This document shows positions 12,523-26,879 of a DNA stretch of 64,000 nt, one piece after another. The notes under the pieces are model-generated. The model was not told the DNA's origin and made no database searches. It saw only the letters and a list, made by a program, of their open reading frames with translations. This DNA comes from Eledone cirrhosa. Its lineage: Eukaryota. The stretch's first letter is position 1. Every line of letters starts with the position of its first letter. The translations under genes and the position numbers were made by a program. The DNA lies in NCBI GenBank assembly GCA_964016885.1, contig OZ024740.1, forward strand, positions 5,580,001 to 5,644,000, given 5' to 3'.

Positions 12523-13024
12523 CTCATAAAAATTCTGTCTGTGCGTTCCTTTACGGTGCCTTTGTGTGACTGAGCTCATGTATTCCGTTGACATCATCTT
12601 CATTTCTAAGGTGACAAGACAGCTTGTATATCAAATCTTTGTATTTAAAACCAATTATATTGTTGTGTGCGTGTGTCAGCATTATTAATCCTTTTGTCTG
12701 AAGACTGCCCTCCTACTCCTATGCTAACATGTAATCTTTCTTGTGGTCCCAGCCAACAGGATGGAGATGTTATTTCTCCAGAGGGTGGTGAGAGAGATGT
12801 ACTGGAACAGCCACTCCATTTGCAGGCAGCCTGCTTCGCTCTAATAACAGTGAGCAAAGATGTGGTCTGTGGGTTAAGCATGCCGGAAGTCTCCACTGCT
12901 ACAGGATCAACTACAAACCTATCAGAGAGTGGCTGATAATTTCACAGTTTGCCTTCTTTGCAGTGAAGCCTGGGCTGGTAGCTGAATGCACCAGGTTGAT
13001 GCTAGAGAATATGTTACAATGTGT

Positions 13025-13297
13025 GGCATAGCTCTAGTGGAGCTAATGGTTGCCAGGAAGGAGAGATTGACGGAGGCATAGGAGAGGAAGAGAGCAAAGT
13101 ATCAAGAGTTGGAGAAGGACTGTCTTAGGAATGGATGGAGGAAATTGGAACATGTCAGTGGAAGTTGGCAGATGAGGGCTCACAGCTTGTTTCTTTAGCA
13201 AAGCCTATGGAACTCTGAGCATTACAAGAGCTAGCAAGAGGAGAGCCAGCAGGGAAGCAGCAGTGAGGGCACATAGATGATTATGGCTGCAGCGGGG
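13025..13297 (+). mobile_element. Old RLE-type non-LTR retrotransposon C-terminal fragment (HERO-like)
   Basis: Manual translation IALVELMVARKERLTEA*ERKRAKYQELEKDCLRNGWR / SVEVGR*GL..SKAYGTLSITRASKRRASREAAVRAHR*LWLQRG. Fits the ELTVPWE..EAHERKRAKY..EVGCRGF..ASRWLW pattern recalled for HERO-type RLE domains. Confidence 0.75.
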
Positions 13298-13309
13298 TCA
13301 CTAGTATGT

Positions 13310-13480
13310 ATATCACTTGGACATAAACTGAGGTTTATCCCTGAGTTTTCTGCTGGATAGTTTTAGCTATAAAATCTGTCTAGTGATTGTTTCCTGAGAC
13401 ATTCTAATAACATGTCCATAATATCCGAGCTGTGATCTCTCAATTTGGAGAAGTACTGACCAAATATTCACACTACGGCA
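13310..13480 (-). mobile_element. Highly decayed RTE-like C-terminal fragment
   Basis: Minus strand reads RSQLGYYGHVIRMSQETITRQIL*, compared with RLRWYGHVMRM in the younger copies. Confidence 0.55.
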
Positions 13481-13525
13481 GGTCTTTCACTAATAGTAAT
13501 AACAATAGTAAAAACATTCTGAACA

Positions 13526-13576
<51 letters not shown>
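13526..13576. repeat. (CTA)n microsatellite
   Basis: Direct reading. Confidence 0.95.
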
Positions 13577-13849
13577 GGCATTTCTTTACCCAATAATCAT
13601 CATCCATAGTCTTCACATGTCCATTCTAATGCAGTCTTCTCTGAATCCTCTGATTCCTCTTATAACCAGTTTTTCTCTCAGCTTATCCATTCTTCATCAT
13701 TCATGCACCTCAATATTTCTCATTCATCAGAACATTAATTAAATAATAAATATTTATGCTAGAGCACATTATATATATTAAAAGATTTAAGGTAAATTTA
13801 ATGTAGATAAATCCAGCATTTGAATTAAAGATTTCTTTGTGAAAAGAGA

Positions 13850-13998
13850 AAGGTGCTGAACTGGCAGTCATTAGAACATCAGATAGTGCTTTATGATAAT
13901 TGTTTCAGCTCTCTGAGTTCAAGTCCCGCTGAGGACAACTTTACCTTTCATCCATTCGAGGTCGATAAAAAAAGTACCAGTCATGTACTGGGGTTGAT
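13850..13998 (+). mobile_element. tRNA-derived SINE, diverged
   Basis: ctgagttcaagtcccgctgaggacaactttacctttcatccattcgaggtcgataaaaaaagtaccagt; homologous to 10770-10885. Confidence 0.75.
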
Positions 13999-14235
13999 TC
14001 TTCCTCTATATCTCTTTCTCATTTCCTTTCTCTCACTTTCCATCTTTCTCTGGAAGAAATCTGTTGTATTCAGACCTGGAGAGGAGATAGGCTCATGAAG
14101 AGAAGAGAATGCCCTAGAAACGCCATATGTCTATACAGTGTTCCCTACGACTCCCTCAGGAGTTCTGGGACCGTACATACATGGGACAGAGTCAAGTAGA
14201 AACACTTTCAACAATTCTGTTGTACACAGTACAGT

Positions 14236-14270
14236 CTAACCCATGCTAGCGTGGAAGATGGACGTTAAAC

Positions 14271-14310
<40 letters not shown>
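14236..14310 (+). mobile_element. Extreme 3' RTE tail plus (GAT)n
   Basis: taacccatgctagcgtggaagatggacgttaaac(gat)n. Confidence 0.8.
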
Positions 14311-14311
<1 letters not shown>

Positions 14312-14423
14312 CAGTAAAATATAAAAGATTACCATTATCTTATTCAAAGATCAGAAGATAACGAATATTCTACACTGTCTCCAACAACAACGATACCATA
14401 ACAGCCATCCTGTTCTATCTTCT

Positions 14424-16709
14424 CACCACCACCACCACCACCACCACCACCACCACCACCACCACCACCACCACCACTACCACCACCACCACCACCACCA
14501 CCACCACTACCACCACCACCACCACCACCACCACCACCACCACCACCACCACCACCACTACCACCACCACCACCACCACCACCACCACCACTACCACCAC
14601 CACCACCACCACCACCACCACCACCACCACCACCACCACCTCCACCACCACCACCACCACCACCACCACTACCACCACCACCACCACCACCACCACCACC
14701 ACTACCACCACCACCACCACCACCACCACCACCACTACCACCACCACCACCACCACCACCACCACCACCACCACCACCACCACCACCACCACCACCACCA
14801 CCACCACTACCACCACCACCACCACCACCACCACCACCACCACTACCACCACCACCACCACCACTACCACCACCACCACCACCACCATCACCACCAGCAG
14901 CACTACCACCACCAGCACCATCACCACCACCACCACCAGCACTACCACCAGCACTACCACCACCACCACCACTACCACCACTACCACCACCACCACCATC
15001 ACCACTACCACCACCACCACCACCACCACAACCACCACACCACCACTACCACCACCACTACCACTACACCACCACTACCACCACCACCTCCACCACCACC
15101 AACACCACAACTACCACCACCACCACTACCACCAGCACCACCACTACCACCACCACCACCACCACCACCACCACCACCACCACCACCACCACCACCACCA
15201 CCACCACCACCACCACCACCACCACTACCACCACCACCACCACCACCACCTCCACCACCAACACCACCACTACCACCACCACCACCACAACCACCACCAC
15301 CACCACTACCACCACACCACCACCACACCACCACCACTACCACCACTACCACCACCACCACCACCACCACCACTACCACCACCACCGCCACTACCGCCAC
15401 CACCACCACGACCACCACCACCACCACCACCACCACCACCACCACCACCACCACCACCAGCACTACCACCACCACCACCATCAGCACTACCATCACCACC
15501 ACCAACACCACCACTACCACCACCACCACCACCACCACCACCACCACCACCACCACCACCACCACCACCACCACCAGCACTACCACCACCACCACCAGCA
15601 CTACCAACACCACCACCACCAACAACAACAACACCACCACTACCACCAACAACAACAACACCACCACTACCACCACCACCACCACCACCACCACCACCTC
15701 CTACAGCACCTCTTCCACCACCACCACCACCACCACCACCACAACCACGACCACCACCTGCTCCACCACCACCACCACCACCACCACCACCACCACCACC
15801 ACCACCACCACCACCACCACCTCCTCCTCCTCCTCCACCACCACCACTACCACTACCACCACCACCACCACCACAACCGTCAACATCACCACCAGCACAA
15901 CCACCACCACTGCCACTACCAAACCACCACCATCACCACCACCACCACCACCACCACCACCACCTCCTCCTCCACCAACACAACCACTACCACCATCACC
16001 ACCACCACCACCACCACCACCACCACCACCACCACCACCACCACCACCACCACCACCACCACAACCACCACCTCCACAACCACCACCGTCTCCACCACCA
16101 CCACAACCACCACCACCACCACCACCACCACCACCACCACCACCACCACCACCACCACCACCACCACCACCACCACCACCACCACCACCACCACCACCAC
16201 CACCACCACCACCACCACCCTCCTTCACCACCACCACCACCACCACCACGACCTCCTCCACCACCACCACCACCACCACCGCCACCACCACCACCACCAC
16301 CACCACCACCACCACCACCACCACCACCACCACCACCACCACCACCACCACCACCACCACCACCACCTCCTCCTCCTCCACCACCACCACCACCACCACA
16401 ACCACCACAACCACCACCACCACCACCACCACCACCACAACCACCACCACAACCACCACAACCACAACCACCACCATAACCACCACCACTACCACCACAA
16501 CCACCACGACAACCACCACCTCCACCACCACCACCGCTACCACAACCACCACCGCTACCAACACAACCACCACCACAATCACCACCACCACCACCACCAC
16601 CACCACCACCTCCTCCTCCACCACCACCACGACTACCACCACCACCACAACCACCACCACCAGCACTACCACCACCACCACCACCACCACCACCACCACC
16701 ACCACCACC

Positions 16710-16741
<32 letters not shown>

Positions 16742-19700
16742 CAACACCACCACCACCACCACCACCACCACCTCCTCCACCACCACCACCACCACCACCA
16801 CCACCACCACGACCTCCTCCATCACCACCACCACCACCGCCACCACCACCACCACCACCTCCTCCACCACCACCACCACCACCACCACCACCACCACCAC
16901 CATCACCACCACTACCACCACTACCACCACCACCACCACCTCATCCACCACCACCACCACCTCCACCACCACCACAACCACCACCTCCTCCACCACCACC
17001 ACAACCACCACCTCCTCCACCACCACCACCTCATCCTCCACCACCACCACAACCACCACCTCCTCCACCACCACCACCTCCTCCTCCACCACCACCACAA
17101 CCACCTCCTCCTCAACCACCACCACCACCACCACCACCACCACCACCACCACCACCACCACCACCACCACCACCACCACCACCACCACCACCACAACCGT
17201 CAAAATCACCACCACCACAACCACCACCACTGCCACTACCAAACCACCACCATCACCACCACCACCATCACCACCACCACCACCACCACCACCACCACCA
17301 CCACCACCACCACCACCACCACCACCACCACCACCACCTCCACCACCACCACCACCACCACTACCACCACCACAACCACCACCACCACCACCACCACCAC
17401 CACCACTACCACCACCACCACCACCACCACTACCACCACCACCACCACCACCACTACCACCACCACCACCACCACCATCACCACCAGCAGCACTACCACC
17501 ACCAGCACCATCACCACCACCACCACCAGCACTACCACCAGCACTACCACCACACCACCACTACCACCACCACTACCACCACACCACCACTACCACCACC
17601 ACCTCCACCACCACCAACACCACCACTACCACCACCACCACCACTACCACCACCACCACCACCACCACCACCACCACCACCACCACCACCACCACCACCA
17701 CCACCACCACCACCACTACCACCACCACCACCACCACCACCACCTCCACCACCAACACCACCACTACCACCACCACCACCACAACCACCACCACCACCAC
17801 TACCACCACACCACCACCACACCACCACCACTACCACCACTACCACCACCACCACCACCACCACCACCACCACCACCATAACCACCACCACCACCACTAC
17901 CACCACCACCGCCACTACCGCCACCACCACCACAACCACCACCACCACCACCACCACCACCACCACCAGCACTACCACCACCACCACCATCAGCACTACC
18001 ACCACCACCACCACCAACAACAACAACACCACCACTACCACCACCACCACCACCACCACCACCACCACCACCACCACCACCACCACCACCAGCACTACCA
18101 CCACCACCACCACCAGCACTACCACCACCACCACCACCACCAACAACAACACCACCACTGCCACCACCACCACCACCACTACCACCACCACCACCACCAC
18201 CACCACCACCACGACCACCACCTGCTCCACCACCACCACCACCACCTCCTCCTCCTCCTCCACCACCACCACCACCACCACTACCACTACCACCACCACC
18301 ACCACCACCACGACAACCACCACCTCCACCACCACCACCGCTACCACCGCAACCACCACCACCACCACCACCACCACCACCTCCTCTTCCACCACCACCA
18401 CTACCACAACCACCACCACCACCACCACCACCACCACCACCACCACCACCACCACCACCACCACCACCACCACCACCTCCACCACCACCATCGCTACCAC
18501 CGCAACCACCACCACCACCACCACCACCACCACCACCACCACCACCACCACCACCTCCTCTTCCACCACCACCACCACCACCACCACCACCACCACCACC
18601 ACCACCACCACCACCACCACCACCACCACCACCACCACCACCACCACCTCCTCCTCCACCACCACCGCTACCACAACCACCACCACCACCACCACCACCA
18701 CCACCACCACCACCACGACCTCCTCCACCTACACACCCCCCCCCCCCCTCATCCACCACCACCACCACCACAATCACCACCACCACCACCACCACCACCA
18801 CCACCACCACCACCACCACCACCACCACCACCACCACCACCACCTCCACCACCACCACCACCACCACCACCACCACCACCACCACCTCCTCCACCACCAC
18901 GACCTCCTCCACCACCACCACCACCACCTCCTCCTCCACCACCACCACCACCGCAACCACCACCACCACCACCACCACTACCACCACCACCACAACCTCC
19001 TCCACCACCACCACCACCACCACCACCACCACCATCACCACCACCACCACCACCTCCTCCACCGCAACCACCACCTCCTCCACCACCACCACCACCACCG
19101 CAACCACCACCACCACCACCACCACCACAACCACCACCATAACCACCACCACTACCACCACCACCACCACGACAACCACCACCTCCACCACCACCACCAC
19201 CACCTCCTGCACCACCACCTCCTCCACCACCACCACCACCACCTCCTCCTCCACCACCACCTCCTCCTCCACCACCACCACCACCACCACCACCACCACC
19301 ACCACCACCACCACCACCACCACCACCACCACCACCACGACCTCCTCCACCACCACCACCACCACCACCGCCACCACCACCACCACCACCACCGCCACCA
19401 CCACCACCACCACCACCACCACCTCCTCCACCACCACCTCCTCCTCCACCACCACCACCACCACCACGACAACCACCACCTCCACCACCACCACCACTAC
19501 CACAACCACCACCACAACCACCACAACCACCACCACCACCACCACCACAACCACCACCACAACCACCACCACAACCACCACAACCACCACCACTATCACC
19601 ACCACAACCACCACCACTACCACCACCACCACCACGACAACCACCACCTCCACCACCACCACCGCTACCACAACCACCACCACAACTACCACAACCACCA

Positions 19701-20636
19701 CCACTACCACAACCACCACCACCACCACCACCACCACCACCACCACCACCTCCTCCACCTACACCACCACCACCTCCTCCTCCACCACCACCACTACCAC
19801 AACCCCCCCCCCCCCCCCCCCCTCATCCACCACCACCACCACCACCACAATCACCACCACCACCACCACCACCACCACCACCACCACCACCACCACCACC
19901 ACCACCTCCACCACCACCACCACCACCACCACCACCACCACCACCACCACCACCACCTCCTCCACCACCACCACCACCACCACCACGACCTCCTCCACCA
20001 CCACCACCACCACCTCCTCCTCCACCACCACCACCACCGCAACCACCACCACCACCACCACCACCACCACCACCACAACCTCCTCCACCACCACCACCAC
20101 CACCACCACCACCACCACCACCACCACCTCCTCCACCGCAACCACCACCTCCTCCACCACCACCACCACCACCGCAACCACCACCACCACCACCACCACA
20201 ACTACCACCATAACCACCACCACTACCACCACCACCACCACGACAACCACCACCTCCACCACCACCACCACCACCTCCTGCACCACCACCTCCTCCACCA
20301 CCACCACCACCACCTCCTCCTCCACCACCACCTCCTCCTCCACCACCACCACCACCGCAACCACCACCACCACCACCACCACCACCACCACCACCGCAAC
20401 CACCGCCTCCTGCACCACCACCTCCTCCACCACCACCACCACCACCTCCTCCTCCACCACCACCTCCTCCTCCACCACCACCACCACCGCAACCACCACC
20501 ACCACCACCACCACCACCACCACCACCACCACCACGACCTCCTCCACCACCACCACCACCACCACCACCACCACCACCACGACCTCCTCCACCACCACCA
20601 CCACCGCCACCGCCACCACCACCACCACCATCACCA
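14424..20636. repeat. Imperfect (ACC)n/(GGT)n trinucleotide array of about 6.2 kb with internal block duplications
   Basis: Direct reading. Diagnostic variant blocks recur at about 14881 and 17471, 15873 and 17193, and 18725 and 19755. Confidence 0.97.
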
Positions 20637-20847
20637 TTATTTACTTTCATGTTCTCATTATCAATCCCTTCACTATTGAAAATTGAAGGGTTTACTTTGT
20701 TCAATAACACTAAATATAAATGTAGGGGGGGGGGTGTCACTCAGCTCCAGATTGTCTTCCTTGGGAACCTCCCCACCTATCCCCCTCTCTCCTCTCCTCA
20801 CCACCTCTCCCCACCACCTCTCCCCACTATATATATGGTGGTAAGAA

Positions 20848-21002
20848 CTTTGTATTTCTTTTCTTAATTTATTCTTTTAAATTGAGTCTGACAAACCCTA
20901 TTATTCATAGTATCCTATTCACCCTAGCGAATCTGGTCCCTTAACATTTGAACACATATATGTATATATCTGTGTTTATCTCTCTTTTATATTCAGTTAT
21001 AT
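20848..21002 (+). mobile_element. Fragment of the same repeat family as the hammerhead-bearing element at 30565-31078
   Basis: aaattgagtctgacaaaccctattattcatag..caccctagcgaatctggtccctta matches about 30838-31000. Confidence 0.75.
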
Positions 21003-21255
21003 AAACAAATGAGGTCGTGTAGGTGTCACGACAAAAAAAACACACAGTCCACGCTGTAATGTGGCATGTAGGTAACACGGTAAAAACCTCCCAGTACACA
21101 CTGTAAACGTGGTTGGTGTTAGGAAGGGCATCCAGCCTTAGAAAACCCGCCAGACAGCCCTATACGAGCAAGACAACCACTCTTGCCTCAAGTGGGAAAA
21201 CTCCCATCCAGACCCATGCAAGCGTGGAAGATGAACGTTAAACGATGATGATGAT
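21003..21255 (+). mobile_element. RTE family A 3' UTR-only insertion
   Basis: Matches about 4787-5030; TA tracts at both ends. Confidence 0.9.
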
Positions 21256-21773
21256 ATATATATATACTTTTTCAGTGTGGTCTACCTCTGGTGGTAGGGT
21301 CTCAGTGTGGTGTACCTCTCGTGGTAGGGTCTGTACTGTAGATAGGACTCAATGTAATGTGATGGCCAGTAATCCAGTGAAATCCATAGAAAACTTCTGT
21401 GTTTCGTTGACTTAATTCCTTAGATACAGAGTCAGATATTAGATATTAATTTAACAATGAAAATAATAACAACAAAGTCAAGTTATTTTACCTATTCATA
21501 TCATTGTTTTTCGATTGTTTCGGAGAGTTGATCATATTGACATGTCTGATCTATAGCAGTTATATAACTGTATATTATCTGACCTGATCTATAGCAGTTA
21601 TATAACTGTATACTATCTGACCTCATATATGGGTTCAATTAGACCATCCTCTTCGTAGATTCTTAAAGATAGGTTTTGCTTTTTCTATATCTCCAAAATT
21701 GTTAAATATTATATGTAACGGCTTGAATGATAGTGAAAGCTCTCACTTTTCGTAAAGATGGTTGTATTTGTTT

Positions 21774-22152
21774 CATCATCATCATCATTTTACATCCGCT
21801 TTTCCCTGCTTGCAAGGGTGGGACGGGAGCTGATTCTGGCTTGATTTCTACAGCTGGATGCCCTTCCTAATACCAACCTCATTTACAGTGAGTGCTGGGT
21901 GCTTTTTTTTGCGTGGCGCCTACATGTCCACTTTACAGTGAGTGGTGGGTGCTTTTTGCCGTGGCACCTCCACGACCACTTTGCAGTGGAATGATAGGGA
22001 CCCCAGTCCTATAATCTCATTTCTACAGGTGAGTAAACTGGAGCAATGTGAAATAAAGTGTCTTGCTCAAGGAAACAACACATCACCCGGTCTGAGAATT
22101 GAACTCACAACCTTTCGATTGCAAAGCCAATGCTCTAACCACTAAGCCATGT
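21774..22152 (-). mobile_element. Full-length tRNA/CORE-type SINE with RTE-derived body and tail
   Basis: Minus strand has A-box tggcttagtggttagagc, B-box gagttcaattctc, CORE-like ccttgagcaagacactttatttcacattgctccag, and tail cccttgcaagcagggaaaagcggatgtaaaa(tga)n. Confidence 0.9.
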
Positions 22153-22229
22153 TTATTTATATATTTGTGTGTATGTGACTTGGAAACTCTGTTAAAATTC
22201 TATGTATCAACGATTACGGTTCTCACTTC

Positions 22230-25200
22230 ACAGCCGCCCCATTCGGTATACATGCTCGACGCTGCATGCTAACCACTCCCTCATGAATATATCATAGAAC
22301 AGACAAGGGCGGGCGGAGGCTCCATAAGCCGCAATGTAGGCAACTCGTCTAGGAGAGCTACCACTCCGAATAAATTGGTGCGGGGTAGAGAAGTCCCCTA
22401 AGTCCAGTAAGACAACTTCCCTAGTGTTGGTGGCACGAATAAAAGCACCCAGTCCATGCTGTAAAATGGGGGGGGGGTAGATAGGGCCCCTAAATCCAGT
22501 AAGACAACCTCTCTAGTGCTGGTGGCACAAATAAAAGCGCCCAATCCATGCTGTAAAGTGGTGCTGGTGTTAGGAAGGGCATCCAACCAGTATAATAAAT
22601 GCCAAAATTATGAGCACAACAAATAAGAATTGCAACAACTGCGTAAACAGCAATAACACTAACAATGTTAGGGCTGTGCACGGTAGTGGGGTGGCTAGTG
22701 AGGCCATGTGCGAGAACCCCCGACCGTCATCAAGCAATCGCACGAAAACAACTGCGTAAACAACAATAACTCTAACCATGTTAGAGCTGCGCAGGGAAGT
22801 GGGGTGGCTAGTGAGGCCATGTGTGAGAACCCCACAACTGTCATCAGGCAATAGCACAACAGGAAAAAGAATGAGACATCGCATCTCAGAGTTGCCACAC
22901 TTAATATTGGCACTCTAACAGGTAGATCTGGTGAGATAGCAGAGATGCTGGAGAGAAGGCATGTGGATGTGTGCTGTGTGCAAGAGGTGAGATGGAGAGG
23001 TGCCTCTGCAAGACAAATCGCAGGCAAACATCGTAGGTATACGCGTTTCTGGGTGGGTAATGATGATGGGTTAGGTGGGTTGGGCATATTAGTGGCTGAG
23101 AGGTAGATCAATAAGACAATAGAAGTAGTTAGAGTTAGTAATAGAATAATTAAGCTTAGATTAGTTGTAGGCAAGAGACTACTGACAATCATCTCTGCCT
23201 ATGCTCCCAGGCAGGCCTAGGTAAAGAAGAGAAAGACTGCTTTTACGAGCAACTTTTACAAACAGCCTCAATGACAGGGGACAGAGACATCGTTATGCTA
23301 GTGGGGGACTTCAATGGACATGTTGGACAGCTCCAGGATGGATACACTGGGGTACATGGAAGGCACGGTTATGGCTCAAGAAATGAAGAAGGAGTGAGGC
23401 TTCTTGAAATTTGTGATGCAAATGCACTAACCATTTGCAACACTAACTTCCAGAAGCCTACCAACCACCTAATAACCTACAAATCAGGCGAGCACATAAG
23501 CCACATTGACTTCCTGCTAGTTAGACAGTGAGACAGGCAGATGGTGTCAAATACTAAGGCATACCCCAGGGAAGAATGTATCCCACAGCATAGGTTAGTC
23601 GTTAGTGAGATCTCAGTAAGCAATAGAAAGAATGAGACACACGCGAAGGTGTGGAAAAGAAAGGTCTGGAAGCTAAAAGAACTTTCATTAAAATATAAAT
23701 TTAGCAAAGCCCTTCAAGATGTGTATGACGAAAAGGAAGACGATTTAGAATCGATTGACATAGATGATAACAGGAATTTCTTGCGTGACTTACTGCAGGC
23801 TACTGAAGAAACTTGTAGTTGGGGCAGAGCTTCAACCAGACAGAGTGACCTGGTGGTGGAACAGCACAGTAGATAAGGCCATTAGAGACGAAAGACTGGT
23901 ATGGAAGGCTTGGAAAAATGGTGGGAGTAGAGAAGGATACACAGCTGCTAAGAGAGAAGCTAGACATCAGGTGTTCTTAGCACGCAGGAAGGCTGAGAGT
24001 AGGAGATTTGCCAATGTTCTGCGATGGGAAGATCAGAGACGTGCGGTGTTCCGCATTGTAAGGCAGTGTGTCAATGCAAATCAGGATGTTGTTGGAGATA
24101 AGTGTGTCCGGAATGATGCCGGTGTACTTGGTGTCACGAATGATCAGAAAAAGGAGGCCTGGAAATGTCATTATGAGAAACTGATGAATGTGGAGAACGA
24201 ATAGGACAGAGAGAAATTACCCCCAGTAGACCTGACTGACGAATATAGGGTACAAGAGGCAATTAAGGAAATGAGGAATGGTAAGGCTGCTGGACTGTCG
24301 GGGATAGTTGCTGAGATGCTGAAGACATCAGGAGAAGTAGGCACTAAACTAGTTGCATGCATCATTAATCAAGCTATATATGGTGATGTCATACCCAAAG
24401 ACTGGTGCAGCAGTATCCTCATAAACTGCTACAAAGGTAAAGGGGATGCTCTAGAAAGGAGCAATTATAGGGGTATAAAACTGATGGATCAGGTTATGAA
24501 AGTGGCAGAGAGAATATTAGTGCAACTGATTAGAGAAAGGGTCAAATTAGATGAGATGCAGTTTGGTTTTGTGCCTGGGAAAAGTACAACAGATGCCCTC
24601 TTTTTAGTGAGGCAACTACAAGAGAGGTTCTTAAAGAAGACTAAGCCACTATACTTAGCTTTTGTTGACCTAGAGAAGGCCTTTGATAGGGTACCCCAAT
24701 CTGTCATCTGGTGTAAGGAAACTAGGTGTAGAGGAATCGCTTGTGAGGGTAGTGCAAGCTATGTACAGGGGTGCTGTCAGTAAAGTGAGAATAGGAATGG
24801 AGTTTAGTGTGGAATTCCAGATACAAGTAGGTGTACGTCAGGGTTTGGTCCTCAGCCCGCTCTTGTTCATTATAGTCCTCCAAGCCATAACAGAGGAGTT
24901 TAAGACTGGCTGCCCATGGGAACTTCTCTATGCTGACGATCTGGTTCTTATAGCAGAATCAGTAGAGGAGCTAGAGAATAAATTCTAGCTATGGAAAGAG
25001 CAGTTGGAATCAAGAGGCCTGAGAGTGAACATAGCTAAAACAAGTGTTGATAAGTAGAAGAGAGGACAATACTCTGATTCCATCGGGGAAATGGCCATGT
25101 TCAATATGTAGGAAAGGAACTGGCATAAATTCTATAAAATGTACACAAAGCAGATCTTGAGTACACAAGAGATGTAGTGGGATAGCAGGAAAACTAACAG

Positions 25201-25938
25201 GCACGGAAAACTACCTATGCAGTAGATGTACAGGGAAAGTTGGCAGTAGTAATCGCAGTGATAGACATATTTTTCCAATGCAGGTGGGTTCTATAGAAGT
25301 GGTTGATAGCTTCTGGTACCTAGTTGATCAGATTAGCATGGGAGGAGGTGTTCCGAGGTCATAGTATCTAGAATAAGGACGAGTTGGAAGAAGTTTAGGG
25401 AACTGTTTCCTCTGCTGACGAAGAAGTGTTTCTCCCTGCGTATGAAAGGACAGTTATTTGATGCCTGTGTGAGATGCACGATGCTGCATGGTAGTGAGAC
25501 ATGGGCAGCAACTGCAGAAGATATGCAACAACTGGAGAGAAATGAAGCAAGCATGCTTCTTTGGATGTACAATGTCAATGTGCGTGAATGACCAAGCATA
25601 GACGAGTTGAGAAAGGAACTGGGTACAAGAGGGATAAGTTGTGGTGTGCAGGAGAGAAGGCTGAGATGGTATGGACATGTGATGTGCGTGGAAGATGACC
25701 ACTGGGTAAAGAAGTGCCAAGAAATCCCAGTAGAAGGAAGACGCAGTAGAGGTAGACCACATAAAACATGGGCGGAGGTGGTGAGAGCAGACCTCAGACC
25801 ACTGAAACTTACCGAGGAGATAACGAAGGACCTTGACAAGTGGAGAGATGTTGCGCTGAATAGGACCCAACCAACCCTTGCAAGCAGGGAAAAGCAGACG
25901 TAAAATGATGATGATGATGATGACGATGATGATGATGA
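22230..25938 (+). mobile_element. Near full-length RTE LINE family C (5' UTR, APE endonuclease, RT with PHD-like insert), inactivated
   Basis: APE motifs LRVATLNIGTLTG..VCCVQEVRW, GDFNGHVG, HIDFLLV. RT motif LLYADDL. Many stops and frameshifts. Tail caagcagggaaaagcagacgtaaaa(tga)n. Tandem duplications in the 5' region (about 22382-22560 and 22635-22860). The 5' boundary is approximate. Confidence 0.92.
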
Positions 25939-26552
25939 TATATATACATTGTTCACACTTCCAATAATATTATATACATTTTTTATAGTTATACATCTGT
26001 TTAATCTTTTCTCACCATATCTTGGAGAATCTTTCACCTTAAATTGTTCATTCAAATTATTTCTGTCTGTCTGTCTGTCTGTCTGTTTATTTATTGTTTA
26101 TTTTTATTTCTATTCTTTTAATATGATTCACAGAATTATTTTCTCTCCTGGAGAGAGAGCAATAATTTATTCTTTGAATACATTACAGAATTTATTGTTG
26201 TTGTTGTCATTGATGTTATTCACCTTACATTTCTCTGAATAACAAGACTTAAAAAAAAAGAAAAACGAGATACATACATACATAAATATGTTATGTATAT
26301 ATACATACACACACACATATATATACACTTATATATACATATGTATGTACAATATATACATATTCACATACACACACACTTATACATATTTACATTTATA
26401 TACATATATATATATATAAATATATATTTATATGTATATATATAAGTGTACATATATATATGTATAAATATTCATGTATATATATATATCTATATATATG
26501 TATATATATATATATATATAAATGAACATATATATATATGTATAAATATACA

Positions 26553-26639
<87 letters not shown>

Positions 26640-26640
<1 letters not shown>

Positions 26641-26879
26641 GTGGTAGAACACTGGAAGGTAATATCCGTAGTGGTAGAACACTCAGTCCATGGGACGAGT
26701 TAGGTAGAAGTGGTTACACAACAGTTAGTTCACCATACCGAGAACAATTGTTTCACCTTAGCGGATCCTCAGCTCATAATGGACATGGTTATACGGAACA
26801 GGAAGGTCCATTACGAGATGAGGATCCGCTAAGGTGAAACAATTGTTCTCGGTATGGTGAACTAACTGTTGTGTAACCA

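Noticed and set aside
14074-14200. Exon after a polypyrimidine tract (cag|acctggaga...)
   Set aside because: No good donor and no kinesin similarity; it looks like decayed retroelement sequence
14415-20740. Poly-Val, poly-Gly and poly-Trp ORFs
   Set aside because: Translations of (GGT)n with frequent phase slips
21545-21622. Tandem duplication of about 38 bp (and a 30-bp duplication at 21272-21332)
   Set aside because: Two-copy local slippage events with no further structure
22230-22400. HDV-like ribozyme at the RTE 5' end
   Set aside because: Known in some RTEs, but I could not build the nested double pseudoknot by eye; a descriptor search is needed
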